Assembly: GCF_047633235.1 (NCBI RefSeq)
Contig: NZ_JBLIET010000014.1
Span: 1,448 to 65,447, forward strand
Length of the DNA: 64,000 bases
Direction of reading: 5' to 3'
Source: Psychroserpens sp.
Lineage (GTDB): Bacteria; Bacteroidota; Bacteroidia; Flavobacteriales; Flavobacteriaceae
This document shows positions 28,727 through 36,839 of the stretch, piece after piece. A program made the position numbers and the translations under genes. Under the pieces are notes generated by a model. That model did not search any database. It was given only the letters and a program-made list of their open reading frames with translations, and was not told the DNA's origin. Positions within the stretch are counted from its first letter, which is position 1. Every line of letters begins with the position of its first letter.

Positions 28727-31024
28727 TTAAGCTAATTTTCTTAATTCATCTTTCACTTGTGGTGATAGATTAGCAATAATCGTCTTTTTAAAAAGGTCTA
28801 TATCGTAAGGCTTCAAAATTATATCATTCATTCCACAATCAAAAATTTGATACTTCTGTTCCTCTATTTCAACTGCAGTTAGCGCAATTATAGGTATGAA
28901 TTTATTAAACGTTCTAATCTCTTTTGTAGCCTCAATTCCATTTTTTACAGGCATATTAATATCCATTAGAATCAAATCATATGAAAATTGTTTTGCTAGG
29001 GTAACAGCTTCTTCTCCATTTTGCGCTATTTGACAGACAACATCTGCTTGTTCGAGAATCCTTTTTGTAACAGTTTGATTAATACGATTGTCCTCAACGA
29101 TAAGAATACGTTTACTTATTAATTGTTTGAAATCTAAAATTGGTATAGGTTTCTTTTCAGATTCAGACGCTACTTTGATTTCTAAATCAAATTGAAATGT
29201 GGTGCCCTTTCCAATTTCACTCGTGACCATAATGGAACCTTTACCTTGTTCCACTAATTTTTTTACAATTGATAATCCTAAGCCTGTTCCCTGATACATT
29301 CTTGAACCTAATTCTGATTCAATTTGAGTGAATTCATTAAAAATTTCTTTGAGTCTATGCTGCTCAATTCCTGGACCTGTATCACTAATAATAAATTGAA
29401 GCTTTACCATATTACCTGTGTGTTCAATAGCTTTTATATCTAAACTAATCACTCCTTTTTCAGTAAACTTACAAGCATTACCAATTAAATTCATAAAAAT
29501 TTGAGACAACCTAACGGAGTTACCTTTAAGTAATAAAGGGACATCTTTACTTATAGTAATCTCTATTTTGTTTTCATGCTGTAGCCTTATATACTCAAAG
29601 GAGGATATAATCGTAGCCGAAAGATCTTCTATATTAAAAGTAACTTCCTCATCTGTAAAACTATGGTTATCAATTTTATTAATGTGCAGTAAATCATTTA
29701 CAAGCGCTAAAAGATAATTAGCAGAAAATTTTAATGATTTTAAATCGTTTTCATGTTTTTTTAAATCTTTGTTTTCCAATAGTATTGAACTGAGACCAAT
29801 AACGCCATATAATGGGGTTCTCAACTCATGACTTACTGTCGCGAAAAACTTGGCTTTTGCCTTTATGAGTTCGTCACTTTGCATTTTGGCTTCTAAATAT
29901 AGAGCGTTTTTATCCTCTAAATGTTTTATTAAAACCTTACGCTTAATATTTGACTTATAAGTCTGTGCAAATATGATAGAGATAGATATAAGAGCACCCA
30001 ATACAACAAAAAGTACGAAACCCCTATCCTCAGCCTGATGCTCCAATCGTTCTTTTTCGAGCTCTTTAGATTGTATTTGCTCTTTATAACGAGCTATACG
30101 AGTACTTGATTTTACTGCATCAATGGTTTGATTGTCGTCATCTTTCGCCTTCTTATCTGTATAAAATTTAAGCTTTTTGCTAACTTCATAAAGTGTTTTA
30201 TAATCTTCTTTAAGTTCTAAAGCTTTTATATAGCCTTGATGCCCCTCAATAATACCATCCATCGCCTCTGTACGCTCAGCAATTTTAATATTCTGTTTAA
30301 ACCGTTCTATAGCCTTTTCTGGCTGATTTAAAAGGACATACAACATGCCTTCATTTCTAAGTTGTCCAGATTTATAGAAAGGATTATCGAGATACTCCAA
30401 ATACCTAGCTGATTCACTAATGTGATATTGACTATTTTCTATATCTTCATTTTCAATAAAAATTCTAGATACATTATGGTGCATTATAAAAATCCTGGTG
30501 GTATCCTTCAAACGTTTTGCAATTTCTAAGCCATCAATATAAGTAGCAATTGCTTTATGCTTATAACCACCTGTGTAGTAGTAGGCATTTGCCAAATTCC
30601 CCTTACTAGCCAATATAATGGTACTGTCATTGGAGGCTTCAGCATCTTTTAAAGATTTCAAAAACATCGCTTTTGCATTAGCGGTATCCTTAATACGCAG
30701 CATGATGTTACCTAGTATACTCCTTGTCTCATGTAGATAAGATTTGTCAGTAATTTTATTTGCCAATAATAAAGCGTTCTCAGCGTACACCAAAGGTGAT
30801 GCAAAATTGAATTTATAGTGTTCTTTTTTCATCCAAATCAATACTAAATCGATACGCGCTATCATCTCAATCTGAGTAGAATCTTTAGATATTTTTGGTA
30901 ATTGTTTTGAAATTTCAAAATTAGATATATCCGTTGTGGTATCGTCTGCATATTCTGATTGAGCATGCACTGATATAAACATAAAGAAATAGAGGAGACA
31001 AACAATCTGAGTTGAAATTTTCAT
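28727..31024 (-). CDS. Hybrid sensor histidine kinase/response regulator with periplasmic TPR-like sensor region
   Basis: The order is signal peptide, TPR-like repeats, a coiled coil and one TM segment. Then come HisKA (FFATVSHELRTPL), HATPase (GTGLGLSIV) and REC (ILIVEDN, LILMDINMP). Confidence 0.9.
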   Translation of the reverse strand: MKISTQIVCLLYFFMFISVHAQSEYADDTTTDISNFEISKQLPKISKDSTQIEMIARIDLVLIWMKKEHYKFNFASPLVYAENALLLANKITDKSYLHETRSILGNIMLRIKDTANAKAMFLKSLKDAEASNDSTIILASKGNLANAYYYTGGYKHKAIATYIDGLEIAKRLKDTTRIFIMHHNVSRIFIENEDIENSQYHISESARYLEYLDNPFYKSGQLRNEGMLYVLLNQPEKAIERFKQNIKIAERTEAMDGIIEGHQGYIKALELKEDYKTLYEVSKKLKFYTDKKAKDDDNQTIDAVKSSTRIARYKEQIQSKELEKERLEHQAEDRGFVLFVVLGALISISIIFAQTYKSNIKRKVLIKHLEDKNALYLEAKMQSDELIKAKAKFFATVSHELRTPLYGVIGLSSILLENKDLKKHENDLKSLKFSANYLLALVNDLLHINKIDNHSFTDEEVTFNIEDLSATIISSFEYIRLQHENKIEITISKDVPLLLKGNSVRLSQIFMNLIGNACKFTEKGVISLDIKAIEHTGNMVKLQFIISDTGPGIEQHRLKEIFNEFTQIESELGSRMYQGTGLGLSIVKKLVEQGKGSIMVTSEIGKGTTFQFDLEIKVASESEKKPIPILDFKQLISKRILIVEDNRINQTVTKRILEQADVVCQIAQNGEEAVTLAKQFSYDLILMDINMPVKNGIEATKEIRTFNKFIPIIALTAVEIEEQKYQIFDCGMNDIILKPYDIDLFKKTIIANLSPQVKDELRKLA

Positions 31025-31162
31025 AGTAGGTCATACAATTGAAGGCCTAATATACAAAAATACATCGATAAATGGTATAAATATCTGTTTATCAGTAATT
31101 ATGTGACAGTAAAGTCACTTAGTATTAAGATATTCTGTTGATAAGTAGGTTGTTAACTTTTA

Positions 31163-32032
31163 TTACAACATCTGTAAGGTATTGATCTCTTGCGTTGTTA
31201 AATGTTTCCAGTGACCACGAGGTAAATCTTTTTTAGTCAAGTGACCTATTTGCACGCAATCGACACGTACGATTTCATATTTTAAATAATCAAAAATAGT
31301 ATGTAAAATAGTGTTCCCTGTATTTTTAATTTTAAGCCCTATTTGAGTTTTAGGAGCGCCATCAATATAACTAATTTCTTCTACTGCTACAAGTTTACCC
31401 ATCGGCTTAATCCCCTCTTGAATTTTCTTAAAATCCTCATGTTTCAAATCTTTATCCAATTCAATTTGAAATAATCGAGATACACCAGTTTTAGAATTAG
31501 TGAATTTTTTTACAATCAAATCATCATTAGTAAACAACAATAATCCAGTTGAACCTCTACCTAATCTTCCTATTGGTTTTATACGAGCAGTTGTCGAATT
31601 AGCTACAAGATCCATCACTGTTTTACCTTTACTATCACTTGTTGTTGTGGCAAAACCTTTAGGTTTATTTAGCAGCACATATGTTTTTTTCTCTGGGTTT
31701 ATACGTGCTCCATCAAAACGAACATCGTCCTCAAATTTCACTTTGTAGCCCATTTCATTAATAACCTTACCGTTTACCGTAACACTACCAACAGCAATAT
31801 GCATATCTGCGTCTCTACGAGAACAAACACCAGAATTTGCAATGTATTTATTTAATCTAATTTCATCAGGATTAGAAGGTCTCTTTGGTGCCGAAGATGT
31901 AACTATCTTTTTCTTAATAGGAGCCTGTTCACGAGCAAAACTTTTCCCTTTCGCATCACTACGCCCTTTACTTGATTTTTTATTAGTAGGCTTATTACTT
32001 CCTTTTCCCGACTTTCCTTGCTGTTTGCTCAT
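31163..32032 (-). CDS. RsuA/RluB-family pseudouridine synthase homolog with S4 domain, apparently lacking the catalytic Asp
   Basis: Lys-rich N-terminus. S4 domain (IRLNKYIANSGVCSRRDAD) and LNKPKG are present. Motif II reads GRLGRGSTGLLLFTNDD where the family has GRLD. Confidence 0.8.
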   Translation of the reverse strand: MSKQQGKSGKGSNKPTNKKSSKGRSDAKGKSFAREQAPIKKKIVTSSAPKRPSNPDEIRLNKYIANSGVCSRRDADMHIAVGSVTVNGKVINEMGYKVKFEDDVRFDGARINPEKKTYVLLNKPKGFATTTSDSKGKTVMDLVANSTTARIKPIGRLGRGSTGLLLFTNDDLIVKKFTNSKTGVSRLFQIELDKDLKHEDFKKIQEGIKPMGKLVAVEEISYIDGAPKTQIGLKIKNTGNTILHTIFDYLKYEIVRVDCVQIGHLTKKDLPRGHWKHLTTQEINTLQML

Positions 32033-32071
32033 GATATGTAAATTTTCCGCAAAGGTAGCATATTAGTTGAA

Positions 32072-33022
32072 CTAATCTACAAATTTAATCGTAGATTGAC
32101 GTTCTCTATTAACCGATAATTGTGTGACATCTGGTCTTGAATAATGCCCTACAGGATCAAAATTCTGTCGTTCTTCTAACACACGGTTAAAATCTATAGT
32201 GTGATAAATCAATCCTTCTTTAAGCAAAACAGGTTCTACCAACCATTCTCCATCGGGTCCTGCAATGCAGCTTCCGCCATTGGCTAGAACCTTAGGTGAC
32301 CTTTCTAATATTGTATCTAAATGTGGTGTTGACTCAGGAAAATCTTTCGAAAACATCAAACACGATACAGAAATCACATAAGAGCGAGATTCTCTAGCAA
32401 TAAAACGCGTAATATCTTTAGTATTATGATCGCTTCCTGGCCACACAGCAATATGTAAATCCTCACCTAACCCATAAAGTGCTGCTCTAGGTAAAGGCAT
32501 CCAATTTTCCCAACAATTTAAACCGCCAACGGTAAAATCTTTAAGTGGATGCACCTGCAAACCATTACCATCGCCTGGAGACCAAGTAAGACGTTCATCA
32601 TATGTTGGTTGCAATTTTCTGTGAACAGATTGAATAATTCCTTCTTGATTAATGTATACTAATGACGCGTAAATACTATGACCACCACGATCTTCCGGAC
32701 GCTCTATGACACCCAAATAAATTGCCATTTCATGCTTTTTTGCCAATTTACAAACATCCTCTAAATCTCCCTTTTCTATCGTAATTGAGTTTTTAACATA
32801 ATGCGCATGTAACTCTTTGTTCACTTTAGTATTCCACTCTGATCCTCCCGTCAAAGACAACCAAAACGGATATCCTGGAACTAATCCTTCTCCAAAGACA
32901 ATGAGTTCTGCGTTTTCTATTGAGGCTTCATTGATCGCATTTTCAACCTTTTTGAGTGTTTCACTTTTATTCAACCACACTGGTGATATTTGAGCTAAAG
33001 CAACTTTAAGTTTATGATTCAT
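32072..33022 (-). CDS. Nitrilase (branch-1 nitrilase/cyanide hydratase-type C-N hydrolase)
   Basis: FGEGLVPGYP contains the Glu. The Cys sits in the GGLNCWENWMP (CWE) motif. The ATG directly abuts the UbiA-like stop. Confidence 0.85.
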   Translation of the reverse strand: MNHKLKVALAQISPVWLNKSETLKKVENAINEASIENAELIVFGEGLVPGYPFWLSLTGGSEWNTKVNKELHAHYVKNSITIEKGDLEDVCKLAKKHEMAIYLGVIERPEDRGGHSIYASLVYINQEGIIQSVHRKLQPTYDERLTWSPGDGNGLQVHPLKDFTVGGLNCWENWMPLPRAALYGLGEDLHIAVWPGSDHNTKDITRFIARESRSYVISVSCLMFSKDFPESTPHLDTILERSPKVLANGGSCIAGPDGEWLVEPVLLKEGLIYHTIDFNRVLEERQNFDPVGHYSRPDVTQLSVNRERQSTIKFVD

Positions 33023-33925
33023 TTAGATTCGGTTTAAAACAACATTGACATTAATTAAGACAATACAAAACACACCAGCTACAATAATAAATTTCAAAAT
33101 ATTATGCAGTATCAAAAAGTGAGTTTTCGTTTTTGATATCCAAAGTAGTATTAGAAAAACTAATAGCAAGATTATAGAAAGGTAAAAAAACAAATACATA
33201 TGACCTACATCATAGGAAGTGAGCACTAAATACAAAGGAATGCTAGTTAGTGTGATCAAAACCGTCAACATGATTTTTGACGCGTTTTCGCCATAAACAA
33301 TAGGTATCGTTTTATAATTAAGTAATAAATCGCCTTTAAGATTCTCTAAATCTTTCGTCAATTCACGCATTGAAATCATTAAAAACAAGAAAACTGCGTG
33401 TACAAAAATCACCGATTCAAAGTTTTTATAATATAAGAAAATAGCAAAAAACGGTAGTATTGTTAACACAGCAGACGTTAGGTTCCCAATAAAAGGAAGC
33501 TTTTTCAACTTATGAGAATAAAACCATATTCCGAAGATATAAAAGGAGAAAAACAATACTGCACCAAAAGAGACATAACTCGCCATAATGACTGCTGAAA
33601 AATTGAGTACAAAATAAAATGAGAGTTTCGTATTTTGACTCAATAATCGGTCAAGTTGAGACTTATTAGGCCGATTTATTAAGTCTTTTTCAGAATCATA
33701 AAAATTATTGATGATGTATCCAGCAGCTATTGTTGCTGCAGATGCTAATACAAGCATCAACAAATTAAGATCAAAAAGAACTTCTTTAAGTGTTTTGTCG
33801 TGTGCCAAAATATAGACAGATGTCAAATATTGAGCAATAACAATAACAAGAATGTTATAACCACGAACAACAGAAAACATGCTAAAAAACTTAAGTAGAA
33901 TGTGTTTCTGTTTTCGATTAAACAT
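33023..33925 (-). CDS. UbiA-family aromatic/polyprenyl prenyltransferase
   Basis: About 8 TM segments. The first Asp-rich motif is NNFYDSEKD. A second acidic motif lies in RELTKDLENLKGD. Confidence 0.85.
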   Translation of the reverse strand: MFNRKQKHILLKFFSMFSVVRGYNILVIVIAQYLTSVYILAHDKTLKEVLFDLNLLMLVLASAATIAAGYIINNFYDSEKDLINRPNKSQLDRLLSQNTKLSFYFVLNFSAVIMASYVSFGAVLFFSFYIFGIWFYSHKLKKLPFIGNLTSAVLTILPFFAIFLYYKNFESVIFVHAVFLFLMISMRELTKDLENLKGDLLLNYKTIPIVYGENASKIMLTVLITLTSIPLYLVLTSYDVGHMYLFFYLSIILLLVFLILLWISKTKTHFLILHNILKFIIVAGVFCIVLINVNVVLNRI

Positions 33926-33973
33926 AAAAAAAAAATTGATGAAATCCTGAATAAAGCTAAGTAAGAAAGAGCA

Positions 33974-34903
33974 TTAGAAGTTATAAACCACTTCTAACTT
34001 GTAATCTTTTAGAGCTTGTCTTGCAGTATCGATATCTTCAGTAAAGCCCAATATATAACCTCCTCCTCCTGATCCACAAAGTTTAAGATAGTATTCGTTG
34101 GTTTCGATTCCTGTTTTCCAAAGCTCATGAAATTGCGGAGGAATCATAGGTTTAAAGTGATTAAGTACCACTTTAGACAATTGCTTTGTGTTTTTGAATA
34201 ATGATTTAACATCACCTTTTAAGAAATCATCTACACAAGCATCTGTATGCTTGATAAACTGATTTTTAAGCATACTTCTGAACCCTTCTTGCTTCATGTT
34301 TTCCATAAAAATATGAACCATAGGAGCTGTTTCTCCAATAATGCCTGAGTCTAATAAAAACACAGCTCCCTTACCATCGGCTTGTTGAGCTGGAATACCT
34401 GTAGCTTCAATATTATCTTGAGAATTAATTAAAATTGGAATACTCAAATAGCTATTTAATGGGTCTAATCCCGAGGATTTTCCATGGAAAAACGATTCCA
34501 TTTCAGAAAATATGGTTTTCAGTTTTAATAGTTTTTCTCTCGTCAAATTTTCTAAAACTGTTATTTTATCATATGCATATTTGTCATAAATAGCAGCAAC
34601 CAAGGCACCACTGCTCCCTACACCATAACCTTGAGGAATTGAAGAATCAAAATACATTCCTGCTTCCACATCACTAGCTAAAGTCCCTAAGTCAAAAACC
34701 ACTAATTTCGCCTCAATATTTTGTAAGTAAGACACAAAGCGTCCTAGGCTTTCATTTGACTTTATAGCCTCTTGCGACGGATTTTCATCGGTCTTTAAAG
34801 CACCATTATAAAAATTATAAGGGATAGATAATCCTTTTGAATCTTTGATGATTCCATATTCACCAAAGAGTAAGATTTTAGAGTAAAAAAGAGGTCCTTT
34901 CAT
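33974..34903 (-). CDS. GHMP kinase, mevalonate kinase-like
   Basis: GHMP motif PQGYGVGSSGALVAA and C-terminal KLCGSGGGG. It lies adjacent to mvaD. Confidence 0.75.
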   Translation of the reverse strand: MKGPLFYSKILLFGEYGIIKDSKGLSIPYNFYNGALKTDENPSQEAIKSNESLGRFVSYLQNIEAKLVVFDLGTLASDVEAGMYFDSSIPQGYGVGSSGALVAAIYDKYAYDKITVLENLTREKLLKLKTIFSEMESFFHGKSSGLDPLNSYLSIPILINSQDNIEATGIPAQQADGKGAVFLLDSGIIGETAPMVHIFMENMKQEGFRSMLKNQFIKHTDACVDDFLKGDVKSLFKNTKQLSKVVLNHFKPMIPPQFHELWKTGIETNEYYLKLCGSGGGGYILGFTEDIDTARQALKDYKLEVVYNF

Positions 34904-34984
34904 ATTTTGCGGGCAATACCTTTAACAAATATACGTATTATTCTGTTATTTGGTTTAAAACCAATAGTTAATAGCGTTATAAAT

Positions 34985-36067
34985 CTATAAAATTAATTGT
35001 GCACCAAAGCCAATTTGGTCACTAATATAATGTCCATTTTGACAATAAGTAATTAATTCCTTTTTAATGAATTCCATAACAGTCTCTTTTTCGTTTTCAG
35101 GATATAAGACGTGAACATTGGCTCCTGCATCTAAAGTAAAACAGATTTTAGAATTGGTTTTAGTTCTATAAGCCCAAATGCTATTAATAATTTCTAAGGT
35201 ATTTGGTTTCATCAAAATAAAATAAGGCATACTCGTCATCATCATAGAATGTAGCGTTAATGCCTCACTTTCAACTATTTTGATGAACCCATCTAAATTT
35301 CCAGTTTTGAAAATTGAAATTAGCTTAGACATATTCTCATGAGCTTGTTCAAAACGCCTTGTAGCATATGGATGATTGTGCATCAAATCATGACCAACAG
35401 TACTACTTACCTGCTTTTCGCCTTTATCAACTAAAAGAATCGTGTCTTGATAGTTTTTAAAATTTTCGTGAACATCATGTAGATATTTAATTCCATATAA
35501 ATCAGAACTACCGACAATCTCTTGATGTGTTCCCCAAACAATCAAATCACCGTCAATACTTCGACAAGCGCTTCCTGAACCTAAACGTGAGAGGAATGAT
35601 GCTTTTTGGTTAAAATGTGCATCAGAAACATCATTTGAAAGCTGTTTTTCAATACTCATTAAACACAACGCCAAAGCACTCATACCTGATGCTGATGAAG
35701 CAATACCAGAACTATGCGGAAATGAATTAGACGTTTCAATCTTGAAATGATACGCTTTTAAAAACGGTAAATATCCTTCAATACGTTTGAAAAACATTTC
35801 TATTTTTGGCTTAAAATCGTCCTTCTGTTCACCATCTAAAAACACATCGAAAGAGAACTCTTCATTCTCATCTTTTTCAGAAAAACTAAGCGTCGTGGTT
35901 GTTTTACAATAATCTAGAGTAAAGCTAACCGACGGGTTTTCTGGAATTTGATATTCCTTTTTTCCCCAATATTTTACGAGAGCTATATTACTTGGTGATG
36001 ACCAAGTGAAACTTCCGCTTACTAGAGTTTTTGAATAGGGTTTTGAAATGAAATCTTTTTCAGTCAT
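34985..36067 (-). CDS. mvaD: Diphosphomevalonate decarboxylase
   Basis: NIALVKYWGK, SNSFPHSSGIASSASG and FTLDAGANV are typical of MVD. Confidence 0.9.
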   Translation of the reverse strand: MTEKDFISKPYSKTLVSGSFTWSSPSNIALVKYWGKKEYQIPENPSVSFTLDYCKTTTTLSFSEKDENEEFSFDVFLDGEQKDDFKPKIEMFFKRIEGYLPFLKAYHFKIETSNSFPHSSGIASSASGMSALALCLMSIEKQLSNDVSDAHFNQKASFLSRLGSGSACRSIDGDLIVWGTHQEIVGSSDLYGIKYLHDVHENFKNYQDTILLVDKGEKQVSSTVGHDLMHNHPYATRRFEQAHENMSKLISIFKTGNLDGFIKIVESEALTLHSMMMTSMPYFILMKPNTLEIINSIWAYRTKTNSKICFTLDAGANVHVLYPENEKETVMEFIKKELITYCQNGHYISDQIGFGAQLIL

Positions 36068-36163
36068 GTATAATATTACTTCTACGACAAAGACTGTCTA
36101 AAACAGACTTTTAAAAATTGTTAATATATATTTTGCAAAAATAAGCAATATCTATTGGTCTTT

Positions 36164-36697
36164 TTAATTTTCCGAAGACATTGCAATTAACTTTGCTATT
36201 GTTTTAAAGTTACGCGAGGTGGCTTTTACATTTAGTTTTTTCTCAAACGAATTCATATTAAATTTTGAATTACCATAACCAACGGAAGAATAAAAATAAA
36301 TACAATCATTAATGATATGAAATACTTCGTTATCATGAGTGATTTTTATCACCTCTTCTACTAATTCTACATTTGGGATTCCACTGAGTAAAACGAAATA
36401 ACTATTTTCCTTTTTTTCTTCGGAAAACGGGCAAGCATCAAAAATTCGCTTTAGTTCAACCCTAGTGCTCGCTATAACTGAAACATCAAATCCAAAATGA
36501 GCGTGTAGGGCTTCTTTCAGTTTTAATTCAATTTTAGATTTATCTCCTGAAGATTGCACAATAATATGACCACTTTGGATATAGACTCTAATAACTTCAA
36601 AACCATTTTTTAAAAGCAATTCACGAAGTTCAATCATCGGTGTCTTTTTATGTCCACCAACATTAACTCCTCGGATTAAAACTATAAAATTTTTCAT
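36164..36697 (-). CDS. DUF1697 family protein
   Basis: The N-terminus IVLIRGVNVGGHKKTPMIELRELL matches the DUF1697 signature. Confidence 0.8.
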   Translation of the reverse strand: MKNFIVLIRGVNVGGHKKTPMIELRELLLKNGFEVIRVYIQSGHIIVQSSGDKSKIELKLKEALHAHFGFDVSVIASTRVELKRIFDACPFSEEKKENSYFVLLSGIPNVELVEEVIKITHDNEVFHIINDCIYFYSSVGYGNSKFNMNSFEKKLNVKATSRNFKTIAKLIAMSSEN

Positions 36698-36839
36698 TTT
36701 ATGAAGTTTATTTTTTTTGTAATTAACTATTTATCAGTCACCTGTACTGAATCAAACGACTTAAGTTATACTTGAAAAACTTTACTAGTCAAAAAATAGT
36801 TAAATTTACGCAACCCTAAGTACTGATTCCCTACTCATA

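Noticed and set aside
36068-36163. TATTTTTG box followed by an imperfect hairpin (AGACTGT/ACAGACT) between the DUF1697 gene and mvaD, as a possible regulated leader.
   Set aside because: The stem has a central mismatch and no U-tract. It could equally be a weak terminator for the upstream gene. This is too weak to call.
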